From Bugula neritina (lineage: Eukaryota; Animalia; Bryozoa), in the NCBI GenBank assembly GCA_964035545.1, contig OZ037768.1:15199675-15263674 (forward strand): a DNA stretch of 64,000 nucleotides, read 5' to 3'. The translations under genes and the position numbers were made by a program. Shown piece after piece: positions 1 to 16,100 of the stretch. Numbering within the stretch: the first letter of the stretch is position 1; every line of letters starts with the position of its first letter. The notes beneath the pieces were generated by a model. The model was not told the origin of the DNA. It saw only the letters and a list, made by a program, of their open reading frames with translations, and searched no databases.

Positions 1-999
1 TAACATATTGAAAAACACTGCAACACATTGAAATATACTGCAACATACTGAAATATACGGCAACATACTGAAATATACTGCGACACATTGAAATATAGTG
101 CAACATACTGAAATATGCTGTAGCATACTGAAATACACTGCAATACACTGAAGTATACTGTAATATACTGAAATGTACTGTAACATACTGAAACATACGG
201 CAAGATACTAAAATATACTGCGACACATTGAAATATACTGCAACATACTGAAATACACCGTAACATACTGAAATACACTGCAACATACTGAAATACACTG
301 TAACATATTGAAATACACTGCAACACACTGAAATATACTGAAACATACCGATATATATGGTAACCTACTGAAATATGTTGCAAACCACTGAAACATACTG
401 CATCATCCTGCAACAAAATGAAATATACGGTAACACTGAAGCATACTGCAATATACTGAAATATACTGTAACATACTAAGACATACTGCAACATACCGAA
501 AAATATGGTAACCTACTGAAATATGTTACAAACTACTGAAACATACTGCAACATACTGCAACATAATGAAAAACGCTGTAACATATTGAAAAACACTGCA
601 ACACATTGAAATATACCGCAACATACCGAAATGTATGGTAACCTACTGAAATATGCTGTAACACATTGAAATATCCTGCAACACATTGAAATATACTGCA
701 ACATACCGAAATATATGGTAACCTACTGAAATATGTTGCAAACGCCTGAAATATACTGCAACATACTGCAACATATTGAAGTATACTGCAACATACTAAA
801 ATATACTGCAAGATACTGCAACATACTGATATACACTGTAACATACTGAAATACACTGCAACATACTGAAATATACTGCAAGATACTGCAACATACTGAA
901 ACGCATTGTAAGATACTGAAATACACTGCAACATACCGCAACATACTGCAACGTATTGAAATACACTGTAACATATTGAAAAACACTGCAACACATTGA

Positions 1000-1575
1000 A
1001 ATTTACTGCAACATACTAAAACATTCGGCAACATACTGAAATATACTGGAACACATTGAAATATAGTGCAACATACTGAAATATGCTGTAGCATACTGAA
1101 ATACACTGCAATACACTGAAGTATACTGTAATATACAGAAACGTACTGTAACATACTGAAACATACGGCAACATACTAAAATATACTGCGACACATTGAA
1201 ATATACTGCAACATACTGAAATACACCGTAACATACTAAACTCCACTGCAACATTCTGAAATACACTGTAACACATTGAAATACACTGCAACATACTAAA
1301 ACATACGGCAACATACTGAAATATACTGCGACATATTGAAATATAATGCAACATACTGAAATATGCTGTAGCATACTGAAATACACTGCAATACACTGAA
1401 GTATACTGTAATATACAGAAACGTACTGTAACATACTGAAACATACGTCAACATACTAAAATATACTGCGACACATTGAAATATACTGCAACATACTGAA
1501 ATACACCGTAACATACTAAACTCCACTGCAACATTCTGAAATACACTGTAACACATTGAAATACACTGCAACACA
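1000..1575 (+). repeat. 280-bp tandem duplication (recurs inside 2248-bp units)
   Basis: CTCCACTGCAACATTCTGAA at 1241/1521, with the same 280 spacing at 13880/14160, 19149/19429 and 21397/21677. Confidence 0.85.
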
Positions 1576-2660
1576 GTGAATTATACTAAAATACATTGTG
1601 AGATACGGAAACACGCTGCAACATACTGCAAAATAATGAAATATATGGTAACCTACTGAAATATGTTGAAAACTACTGAAATATACTGCAAAATTATGCA
1701 ACATAATGAAAGATACTGCAATATACTGAAATAAACTGCAAGATACTGCAACATACTGAAATACACTGTAACATACTGAAATACACTGCAACATACTGAA
1801 ATATACTGCATGATACTGCAACATACTGATACACATTGTAAGATACTGAAATGCACTGCAACATACTGAAACATACTGCATGATACTGCAACATATTCAT
1901 ACACATTGTAAGATACTGAAAAACACTGCAACATACCGCGACATACTGCAACGTATTGAAATACACTGTAACATATTGAAAAACACTGCAACACATTGAA
2001 ACATACTGCAACATACTGAAACATACGGCAACATACTGAAATATACTGCGACACATTGAAATATAGTGCAACATACTGAAATATGCTGTAGCATACTGAA
2101 ATACACTGCAATACACTGAAGTATACTGTAATATACAGAAACGTATTGTAACATACTGAAACATACGGCAACATACTGAAATATACTGTGACACATTGAA
2201 ATATACTGCAACATACTGAAAAATATGGTAACCTACTGAAATATGTTGAAAACTACTGAAATATACTGCAAAATTATGCAACATAATGAAAGATACTGCA
2301 ATATACTGAAATAAACTGCAAGATACTGCAACATACTGAAATACACTGTAACATACTGAATTACACTGTAACATATTGAAATACACTGCGACATACTGCA
2401 ACATACTGAAAAACGCTGTAACATATTGAAATACACTGCAACACATTGAAATATTCCGCAACATACCGAAATATATGGTAACCTAATGAGATATACTGTA
2501 ACACGTTGAAGTACACTGCAACATACTGAAATACACTGCAACACACTAAATTATACTGTAATTTACAGAAATGTACTGCAACATACTGAAGTATACTGAA
2601 AGATACTGCAACATACTGAAATACACTGTAACATACTGAAATACACTGCAAGATACTGAA

Positions 2661-2790
2661 ATATACTGCATGATACTGCAACATACTGATACACATTGTA
2701 AGATACTGAAATGCACTGCAACATACTAAAATATACTGCATGATACTGCAACATACTCATACACATTGTAAGATACTGAAATACACTGCA
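2661..2790 (+). repeat. 70-bp tandem duplication module (representative copy)
   Basis: TGATACTGCAACATACT(G/C)ATACACATTGTAAGATACTGAA twice at 70-bp spacing: 1811/1881, 2671/2741, 9221/9291, 12482/12552, 17751/17821. Confidence 0.8.
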
Positions 2791-2949
2791 ACATACCGCA
2801 ACATACTGCAACGTATTGAAATACACTGTAACATATTGAAAAACACTGCAACACATTGAAATATACTGCAACATACTAAAACATACGGCAACATACTGAA
2901 ATATACTGTGACACATTGAAATATACTGCAACATACTGAAATACACCGT

Positions 2950-5900
2950 AACATACTGAAACACACTGCAACATACTGAAATACACTGTAACATAGTGAA
3001 ATACACTGCAACACACTGAAATATACTGAAACATGCCGAAATATATGGTAACCTACTGAAATATGTTGCAAACCACTAAAACATACTGCATCATCCTGCA
3101 ACAAAATGAAATATACGGTAACACTGAAGCATACTGAAATATACTGACATACACTGTAACATACTAAGACATACTGCAACATACCGAAAAATATGGTAAC
3201 CTACTGAAATATGTTACAAACTACTGAAACATACTGCAACATACTGCAACATAATGAAATATACTGCAACATACTGAAAGATACTGCAACATACTGAAAT
3301 ATACTGCAAGATACTGCAAAATACTGAAATACATTGTAAAATACCTAAATACATTGCAACACACTTCAACATACTGCAACATATTGAAATACACTGTAAC
3401 ATATTGAAAAACACTGCAACACATTGAAATATACCGCAACATACCGAAGTATATGGTAGCCTACTGAAATAAACTGCGACATACTGAAATACACTGTAAC
3501 GTACTGAAATACACTGCAACATACTGAAATACACTGTAACATATTAAAATACACTGCAACACACTGAAATATACTGAAACATACCGAAATATATGGTAAC
3601 CCACTGAAATCTGTTGCAAACCACTGAAATATACTGCAACATACTGCAACATAATGAAGTATACTGCAACATACTGAAATATACTGCAAGATACTGCAAC
3701 ATACTGATACACATTGTAAGATACTGAAATACACTGCAACATACCGCAACATACTGCAACGTATTGAAATACACTGTAACATATTGAAAAACACTGCAAC
3801 ACATTGAAATATACTGCAACATACTGAAACATACGGCAACATACTGAAATATACTGCGACACATTGAAATATAGTGCAACATACTGAAATATGCTGTAGC
3901 AAACTGAAATACACTGCAATTCACTGAAATATACTGTAATATATAGAAACGTACTGTAATATACTGAAACATACGGCAACATACTAAAATGTACTGCGAC
4001 ACATTGAAAAATACTGCAACATACTGAAATACACCGTAACATACTAAACTCCACTGCAACATTCTGAAATACACTGTAACACATTGAAATACACTGCAAC
4101 ACATTGAATTATACTGAAATACATTGTAAGATACTGAAATACACTGCAAGATACTGCAACATAATGGAATATATGGTAACCTACTGAAATATGTTGAAAA
4201 CTACTGAATTATACTGCAACATAATGCAACATAATGAAAGATACTGCAACATACTGAAATAAACTGCAAGATGCTGCAACATACTGAAATACACTGCAAC
4301 ACACTGAAGTATACTGTAATATACAGAAATGTACTGTAAAATACTGAAATATACTTCATTATCCTGAAAATACCTAAAGACATTGAAACATACTGATATA
4401 CACTGAAACATACTGAAATACACTGCAACACATTGGAATATACTGCAACATACCGAAATATATGGTAACCTACTGAAGTATGTTGCAAACTACTGAAATA
4501 TACTGCAACATACTGAAATACGCCGTAACATACTGAAATACACTGCAACATACTGAAATACATCGTAACAAATTGAAATACACTGCAACACACTGAAATA
4601 TACTGAAACATACCGAAATATATGGTAACCTACTGAAATATGTTGCAAACCACTGAAACATACTGCATCATCCTGCAACAAAATGAAATATACGGTAACA
4701 CTGAAGCATACTGCAATATACTGAAATATACTGTAACATACTAAGACATACTGCAACGTACCGAAATATATGGTAACCTACTGAAATATGTTGCAAACCA
4801 CTGAAATATACTGCAACATATTGAAGTATACTGCAACATACTGGAATATACTGCAAGATACTGCAACATACTGAAATACACTGTAACATACTGAAATACA
4901 CTGCAAGATACTGAAATATACTGCAAGATACTGCAACATACTGAAACACATTGTAAGATACTGAAATACACTGCAACATACCGCAACATACTGCAACGTA
5001 TTGAAATACACTGTAACATATTGAAAAATACTGCAACACATTGAAATATACTGCAACATACGGCAACATACTGAAATATACTGCGACACATTGAAATATA
5101 GTGCAACATACTGAAATATGCTGTAGCATACTGAAATACACTGCAATTCACTGAAGTATACTGTTTTATACAGAAACGTACTGTAACATACTGAAACATA
5201 CGGCAACATACTAAAATGTACTGCGACACATTGAAATATACTGCAACATACTGAAATACATCGTAACATACTAAACTCTACTGCAACATTCTGAAATACA
5301 CTGTAACACATTGAAATACACTGCAACACAGTGAATTATACTGAAATACATTGTAAGATACGAAAACACGCTGCAACATACTGCAACATAATGAAATATA
5401 TGGTAACCTACGGAAATATGTTGAAAACTACTGAAATATACCGCAACATTATGCAACATAATGAAAGATACTGCAATATACTGAAATAAACTGCAAGATA
5501 CTGCAACATACTGAAATACACTGTAACATACATAAATACACTGTAACATATTGAAATACACTGCGACATACTGCAACATACCGAAAAACGCTGTAACATA
5601 TTGAAATACACTGCAACACATTGAAATATTCCGCAACATACCGAAATATATGGTAACCTAATGAGATATACTGTAACACGTTGAAGTACACTGCAACATA
5701 CTGAAATACACTGCAACACACTAAATTATACTGTAATTTACAGAAATGTACTGCAACATACTGAAATATACTGCAAGATACTGCAACATACTGAAATACA
5801 CTGTAACATACTGAAATACACTGCAACATACTGAAATATACTGCATGATACTGCAACATACTGATACACATTGTAAGATACTGAAATACACTGCAACATA

Positions 5901-8900
5901 CCGCAACATACTGCAACGTATTGAAATACACTGTAACATATTGAAAAACACTGCAACACATTGAAATATGGTGCAACATACTGAAACATACGGCAACATA
6001 CTGAAATATACTGCGACACATTGAAATATAGTGCAACATACTGAAATATGCTGTAGCATACTGAAATACACTGCAATACACTGAAGTACACTGTAATATA
6101 CAGAAACGTGCTGTAACATACTGAAACATACGGCAACATACTACAATATACTGTGACACATTGAAATATCCTGCAACATACTGAAATACACCGTAACAAA
6201 CTGAAATACACTGCAACATACTGAAATACACTGTAACATATTGAAATACGCTGCAACACACTGAAATATACTAAAACATACCGAAATATATGGTAACCTA
6301 CTGAAATATGTTGCAAACCACTAAAACATACTGCATCATCCTGCAACAAAATGAAATATATGGTAACACTGAAGCATACTTCAATATATTGAAATATACT
6401 GTAACATACTAAGACATACTGCAACATACCGAAAAATATGGTAACCTACTGAAATATGTTACAAACTACTGAAACATACTCCAACATACTGCAACATAAT
6501 GAAATATACTGCAACATACTGAAAGATACTGCAACATACTGAAATACACTATAGAATACCCAAATATACTGCAACATACTGAAATATACTGCAAGATACT
6601 GCAAAATACTGAAATACATTGTAAGATACCTAAATACACTGCAACATACTGCAACATACTGCAACATATTGAAATACACTGTAACATATTGAAAAACACT
6701 GCAACACATTGAAATATACCGCAACATACCGAAGTATATGGTAGCCTACTGAAATATACTGCGACATACTGAAATACACTGTAACGTACTGAAGTACACT
6801 GCAACATACTGAAATACACTGTAACATATTAAAATACACGGCAACACACTGAAATATACTGGAACATACCGAAATATATGGTAACCCACTGAAATCTGTT
6901 GCAAACCACTGAAATATACTGCAACATACTGCAACATAATGAAGTATACTGCAACATACTGAAATATACTGCAAGATACTGCAACATACTGATACACATT
7001 GTAAGATACTGAAATACACTGCAACATACCGCAACATACTGCAACGTATTGAAATACACTGTAACATATTGAAAAACACTGCAACACACTGAAACATACT
7101 GCAACATACTGAAACATACGGCAACATACTGAAATATACTGCGACACATTGAAATATAGTGCAACATACTGAAATATGCTGTAGCAAACTGAAATACACT
7201 GCAATTCACTGAAATATACTGTAATATATAGAAACGTACTGTAACATACTGAAACATACGGCAACATACTAAAATGTACTGCGACACATTGAAATATACT
7301 GCAACATACTGAAATACACCGTAACATACTAAACTACACTGCAACATTCTGAAATACACTGTAACACATTGAAATACACTGCAACACATTGAATTATACT
7401 GAAATACATTGTAAGATACTGAAATACACTGCAAGATACTGCAACATAATGGAATATATGGTAACCTACTGAAATATGTTGAAAACTACTGAATTATACT
7501 GCAACATAATGCAACATAATGAAAGATACTGCAACATACCGAAATAAACTGCAAGATGCTGCAACATACTGAAATACACTGCAACACACTGAAGTATACT
7601 GTAATATACAGAAATGTACTGTAAAATACTGAAATATACTTCATTATACTGAAAAAACCTAAAAACATTGAAACATACTGATATACACTGAAACATACTG
7701 AAATACACTGCAACACATTTGAATATACTGCAACATACCGAAATATATGGTAACCTACTGAAGTATGTTGCAAACTACTGAAATATACTGCAACATACTG
7801 AAATACGCCGTAACACGCTGAATTACACTGCAACATACTGAAATACATCGTAACAAATTGAAATACACTGCAACACACTGAAATATACTGAAACATACCG
7901 AAATATATGGTAACTTACTGAAATATGTTGCAAACCACTGAAACATACTGCATCATCCTGCAACAAAATGAAATATACGGTAACACTGAAGCATACTGCA
8001 ATATACTGAAATATACTGTAACATACTAAGACATACTGCAACGTACCGAAATATATGGTAACCTACTGAAATATGTTGCAAACCACTGAAATATACTGCA
8101 ACATATTGAAGTATACTGCAACATACTGGAATATACTGCAAGATACTGCAACATACTGAAATACACTGTAACATACTGAAATACACTGCAAGATACTGAA
8201 ATATACTGCAAGATACTGCAACATACTGAAACACATTGCAAGATACTGAAATACACTGCAACATACCGCAGCATACTGCAACGTATTGAAATACACTGTA
8301 ACATATTGAAATACACTGCAAGATACTGAAATATACTGCAAGATACTGCAACATACTGAAACACATTGTAAGATACTGAAATACACTGCAACATACCGCA
8401 GCATACTGCAACACATTGAAATATACTGCAACATACGGCAACATACTGAAATATACTGCGACACATTGAAATATAGTGCAACGAACTGAAATATGCTGTA
8501 GCATACTGAAATACACTGCAATTCACTGAAGTATACTGCAATATACAGAAACGTACTGTAACATACTGAAACATACGGCAACATACTAAAATGTACTGCG
8601 ACACATTGAAATATACTGCAACATACTGAAATACACCGTAACATACTAAACTCCACTGCAACATTCTGAAGTACACTGTAACACATTGAAATACACTGCA
8701 ACACAGTGAATTATACTGAAATACATTGTAAGATGCGGAAACACGCTGCAACTTACTGCAACATAATGAAATATATGGTAACCTACTGAAATATGTTGAA
8801 AACTACTGAAATATACTGCAAAATTATGCAACATAATGAAAGATACTGCAATATACTGAAATAAACTGCAAGATACTGCAACATACTGAAATACACTGTA

Positions 8901-9540
8901 ACATACTGAAATACACTGTAACATATTGAAATACACTGCGACATACTGCAACATACTGAAAAACGCTGTAACATATTGAAATACACTGCAACACATTGAA
9001 ATATTCCGCAACATACCGAAATATATGGTAACCTAATGAGATATACTGTAACACGTTGAAGTACACTGCAACATACTGAAATACACTGCAACACACTAAA
9101 TTATACTGTAATTTACAGAAATGTACTGCAACATACTGAAGTATACTGCAAGATACTGCAACATACTGAAATACACTGTAACATACTGAAATACACTGCA
9201 AGATACTGAAATATACTGCATGATACTGCAACATACTGATACACATTGTAAGATACTGAAATGCACTGCAACATACTAAAATATACTGCATGATACTGCA
9301 ACATACTCATACACATTGTAAGATACTGAAATACACTGCAACATACCGCAACATACTGCAACGTATTGAAATACACTGTAACATATTGAAAAACACTGCA
9401 ACACATTGAAATATACTGCAACATACTAAAACATACGGCAACATACTGAAATATACTGCGACACATTGAAATATAGTGCAACATACTGAAATATGCTGTA
9501 GCATACTGAAATACACTGCAATACACTGAAGTATACTGTA
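2950..9540 (+). repeat. Tandem duplication of about 3.3 kb (period 3245, then 3285, then 3375 bp along its length)
   Basis: GGTA landmarks 3047/6292 (3245), 3455/6740 and 4772/8057 (3285), 5402/8777 (3375). ORF pairs 3544/6829, 4181/7466 and 4470/7755 are offset 3285. Confidence 0.85.
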
Positions 9541-10189
9541 ACAAATTGAAATACACTGCAACACACTGAAATATACTGAAACATACCGATATATATGGTA
9601 ACCTACTGAAATATGTTGCAAACCACTGAAACATACTGTATCATCCTGCAACATAATGAAATATACGGTAACATACTGAAAGATACTGCAACATACTGAA
9701 ATACACTATGGAATACCGAAATATACTGCAACATACTGAAATATACTGCAAGATACTGCAAAATACTGAAATACATTGTAAGACACCTAAATACACTGCA
9801 ACATACTGCAACATACTGCAACATATTGAAATACACTGTAACATATTGAAAAACACTGCAACACATTGAAATATACCGCAACATACCGAATTATATGGTA
9901 GCCTACTGAAATATACTGCGACATACTGAAATACACTGTAACATACTGAAATACACTGCAACATACTGAAATACACTGTAACATATTAAGATACACTGCA
10001 ACACACTGAAATATACTGAAACATACCGAAATATATGGTAACCCACTGAAATATGTTGCAAACCACTGAAATATACTGCAACATACTGCAACATAATGAA
10101 GTATACTGCAACATACTGAAATATACTGCAAGATACTGCAACATACTGATACACATTGCAAGATACTGAAATACACTGCAACACATTGA

Positions 10190-13100
10190 AATACACTGCA
10201 ACACACTGAAGTATACTGTAATATACAGAAATGTACTGTAAAATACTGAAATATACTTCATTATACTGAAAAATACCTAAAAACATTGAAACATACTGAT
10301 ATAAACTGAAACATACTGAAATACACTGCAACACATTGGAATATACTGCAACATACCGAAATATATGGTAACCTACTGAAGTATGTTGCAAACTAGTGAA
10401 ATATACTGCAACATATTGAAGTATACTGCAACATACTGAAAAACGCTGTAACATATTGAAATACACTGCAACACATTGAAATATTCCGCAAAATACAGAA
10501 ATATATGGTAACCTAATGAGATATACTGTAACACGTTGAAGTACACTGCAACATACTGAAATACACTGCAACACACTAAATTATACTGTAATTTACAGAA
10601 ATGTACTGCAACATACTGAAACATACGGCAACATACTGAAATATACTGCGACACATTGAAATATAGTGCAACATACTGAAATATGCTGTAGCATCCTGAA
10701 ATACATTGCAATACACTGAAGTATACTGTAATATACAGAAACGTACTGTAACATGCTGAAACATACGGCAACATACTAAAATATACTGCGACACATTGAA
10801 ATATACTGCAACATACTGAAATACACCGTAACATACTGAAATACACTGCAACATACTGAAATACACTGTAACATATTGAAATACACTGCAACACACTGAA
10901 ATATACTGAAACATACCGATATATATGGTAACCTACTGAAATATGTTGCAAACCACTGAAACGTACTGCATCATCCTGCAACAAAATGAAATATACGGTA
11001 ACACTGAAGCATACTGCAGTATACTGAAATGTACTGTAACATACTAAGACATACTGCAACATACCGAAAAATATGGTAACCTACTGAAATATGTTACAAA
11101 CTACTGAAACATACTGCAACATATTATAGCAACATAATGAAATACACTGCAACATACTGAAATATACTGCAAGATACTGCAAAATACTGAAATACATTGT
11201 AAGATACCTAAATACACTGCAACATACTGCAACTTACTGCAACATATTGAAATACACTGTAACATATTGAAAAACACTGCAACACATTGAAATATACCGC
11301 AACATACCGAAGTATATGGTAGCCTACTGAAATATACTGCGACATACTGAAATACACTGTAACGTACTGAAATACAGTGCAACATACTGAAATACACTGT
11401 AACGTATTAAAATACACTGCAACACACTGAAATATACTGAAACATACCAAAATATATGGTAACCCACTGAAATATGTTGCAAACCACTGAAATATACTGC
11501 AACATACTGCAACATAATGAAATATACTGCAACATACTGAAATATACTGCATGATACTGCAACATACTCATACACATTGTAAGATACTGAAATACACTGC
11601 AACATACCGCAACATACTGCAACGTAATGAAATACACTGTAACATATTGAAAAACACTGCAACACATTGAAATATACTGCAACATACTAAAACATACGGC
11701 AACATACTGAAATATACTGCGACATATTGAAATATAATGCAACATACTGAAATATGCTGTAGCATACTGAAATACACTGCAATACACTGAAGCATACTGT
11801 AATATACAGAAACGTACTGTAACATACTGAAACATACGTCAACATACTAAAATATACTGCGACACATTGAAATATACTGCAACATACTGAAATACACCGT
11901 AACATACTAAACTCCACTGCAACATTCTGAAATACACTGTAACACATTGAAATACACTGCAACACAGTGAATTATACTGAAATACATTGTGAGATACGGA
12001 AACACGCTGCAACATACTGCAAAATAATGAAATATATGGTAACCTACTGAAATATGTTGAAAACTACTGAAATATACTGCAAAATTATGCAACATAATGA
12101 AAGATACTGCAATATACTGAAATAAACTGCAAGATACTGCAACATACTGAAATACACTGTAACATACTGAAATACACTGTAACAGATTGCAATACACTGC
12201 GACATACTGCAACATACTGAAAAACGCTGTAAAATATTGAAATACACTGCAACACATTGAAATATTCCGCAACATACCGAAATATATGGTAACCTAATGA
12301 GATATACTGTAACACGTTGAAGTACACTGCAACATACTGAAATACACTGCAACACACTAAATTATACTGTAATTTACAGAAATGTACTGCAAAATACTGA
12401 AATATACTGCAAGATACTGCAACATACTGAAATACACTGTAACATACTGAAATACACAGCAACATACCGAAATATACTGCATGATACTGCAACATACTGA
12501 TACACATTGTAAGATACTGAAATGCACTGCAACATAGTGAAATATACTGCATGATACTGCAACATACTCATACACATTGTAAGATACTGAAATACACTGC
12601 AACATACCGCAACATACTGCAACGTATTGAAATACACTGTAACATATTGAAAAACACTGCAACACATTGAAATATACTGCAACATACTGAAATATACGGC
12701 AACATACTGAAATATACTGCGACACATTGAAATATAGTGCAACATACTGAAATATGCTGTAGCATACTGAAATACACTGCAATACACTGAAGTATACTGT
12801 AATATACTGAAATGTACTGTAACATACTGAAACATACGGCAAGATACTAAAATATACTGCGACACATTGAAATATACTGCAACATACTGAAATACACCGT
12901 AACATACTGAAATACACTGCAACATACTGAAATACACTGTAACATATTGAAATACACTGCAACACACTGAAATATACTGAAACATACCGATATATATGGT
13001 AACCTACTGAAATATGTTGCAAACCACTGAAACATACTGCATCATCCTGCAACAAAATGAAATATACGGTAACACTGAAGCATACTGCAATATACTGAAA

Positions 13101-16100
13101 TATACTGTAACATACTAAGACATACTGCAACATACCGAAAAATATGGTAACCTACTGAAATATGTTACAAACTACTGAAACATACTGCAACATACTGCAA
13201 CATAATGAAAAACGCTGTAACATATTGAAAAACACTGCAACACATTGAAATATACCGCAACATACCGAAATGTATGGTAACCTACTGAAATATGCTGTAA
13301 CACATTGAAATATCCTGCAACACATTGAAATATACTGCAACATACCGAAATATATGGTAACCTACTGAAATATGTTGCAAACGCCTGAAATATACTGCAA
13401 CATACTGCAACATATTGAAGTATACTGCAACATACTAAAATATACTGCAAGATACTGCAACATACTGATATACACTGTAACATACTGAAATACACTGCAA
13501 CATACTGAAATATACTGCAAGATACTGCAACATACTGAAACGCATTGTAAGATACTGAAATGCACTGCAACATACCGCAACATACTGCAACGTATTGAAA
13601 TACACTGTAACATATTGAAAAACACTGCAACACATTGAAATTTACTGCAACATACTAAAACATTCGGCAACATACTGAAATATACTGGAACACATTGAAA
13701 TATAGTGCAACATACTGAAATATGCTGTAGCATACTGAAATACACTGCAATACACTGAAGTATACTGTAATATACAGAAACGTACTGTAACATACTGAAA
13801 CATACGGCAACATACTAAAATATACTGCGACACATTGAAATATACTGCAACATACTGAAATACACCGTAACATACTAAACTCCACTGCAACATTCTGAAA
13901 TACACTGTAACACATTGAAATACACTGCAACATACTAAAACATACGGCAACATACTGAAATATACTGCGACATATTGAAATATAATGCAACATACTGAAA
14001 TGTGCTGTAGCATACTGAAATACACTGCAATACACTGAAGTATACTGTAATATACAGAAACGTACTGTAACATACTGAAACATACGTCAACATACTAAAA
14101 TATACTGCGACACATTGAAATATACTGCAACATACTGAAATACACCGTAACATACTAAACTCCACTGCAACATTCTGAAATACACTGTAACACATTGAAA
14201 TACACTGCAACACAGTGAATTATACTAAAATACATTGTGAGATACGGAAACACGGTGCAACATACTGCAAAATAATGAAATATATGGTAACCTACTGAAA
14301 TATGTTGAAAACTACTGAAATATACTGCAAAATTATGCAACATAATGAAAGATACTGCAATATACTGAAATAAACTGCAAGATACTGCAACATACTGAAA
14401 TACACTGTAACATACTGAAATACACTGTAACAGATTGAAATACACTGCGACATACTGCAACATACTGAAAATCGCTGTAACATATTGTAATACACTGCAA
14501 CACATTGAAATATTCCGCAACATACCGAAATATATGGTAACCTAATGAGATATACTGTAACACGTTGAAGTACACTGCAACATACTGAAATACACTGCAA
14601 CACACTAAATTATACTGTAATTTACAGAAATGTACTGCAACATACTGAAATATACTGCAAGATACTGCAACATACTGAAATACACTGTAACATACTGAAA
14701 TACACAGCAACATACTGAAATATACTGCATGATACTGCAACATACTGATACACATTGTAAGATACTGAAATGCACTGCAACATACTAAAATATACTGCAT
14801 GATACTGCAACATACTCATACACATTGTAAGATACTGAAATACACTGCAACATACCGCAACATACTGCAACGTATTGAAATACACTGTAACATATTGAAA
14901 AACACTGCAACACATTGAAATATACTGCAACATACTAAAACATACGGCAACATACTGAAATATACTGCGACACATTGAAACATAGTGCAACATACTGAAA
15001 TATGCTGTAGCATACTGAAATACACTGCAATACACTGAAGTATACTGTAACAAATTGAAATACACTGCAACACACTGAAATATACTGAAACATACCGATA
15101 TATATGGTAACCTACTGAAATATGTTGCAAACCACTGAAACATACTGTATCATCCTGCAACATAATGAAATATACGGTAACATACTGAAAGATACTGCAA
15201 CATACTGAAATACACTATGGAATACCGAAATATACTGCAACATACTGAAATATACTGCAAGATACTGCAAAATACTGAAATATACTGCGACATACTGAAA
15301 TACACTGTAACATACTGAAATACACTGCAACATACTGAAATACACTGTAACATATTAAAATACACTGCAACACACTGAAATATACTGAAACATACCGAAA
15401 TATATGGTAACCCACTGAAATATGTTGCAAACCACTGAAATATACTGCAACACATTGAAATACACTGCAACACACTGAAGTATACTGTAATATACAGAAA
15501 TGTACTGTAAAATACTGAAATATACTTCATTATACTGAAAAATACCTAAAAACATTGAAACATACTGATATAAACTGAAACATACTGAAATACACTGCAA
15601 CACATTGGAATATACTGCAACATACCAAAATATATGGTAACCTACTGAAGTATGTTGCAAACTACTGAAATATACTGCAACATATTGAAGTATACTGCAA
15701 CATACTGAAAAACGCTGTAACATATTGAAATACACTGCAACACATTGAAATATTCCGCAAAATACCGAAATATATGGTAACCTAATGAGATATACTGTAA
15801 CACGTTGAAGTACACTGCAACATACTGAAATACACTGCAACACACTAAATTATACTGTAATTTACAGAAATGTACTGCAACATACTGAAACATACGGCAA
15901 CATACTGAAATATACTGCGACACATTGAAATATAGTGCAACATACTGAAATATGCTGTAGCATCCTGAAATACATTGCAATACACTGAAGTATACTGTAA
16001 TATACAGAAACGTACTGTAACATGCTGAAACATACGGCAACATACTAAAATATACTGCGACACATTGAAATATACTGCAACATACTGAAATACACCGTAA

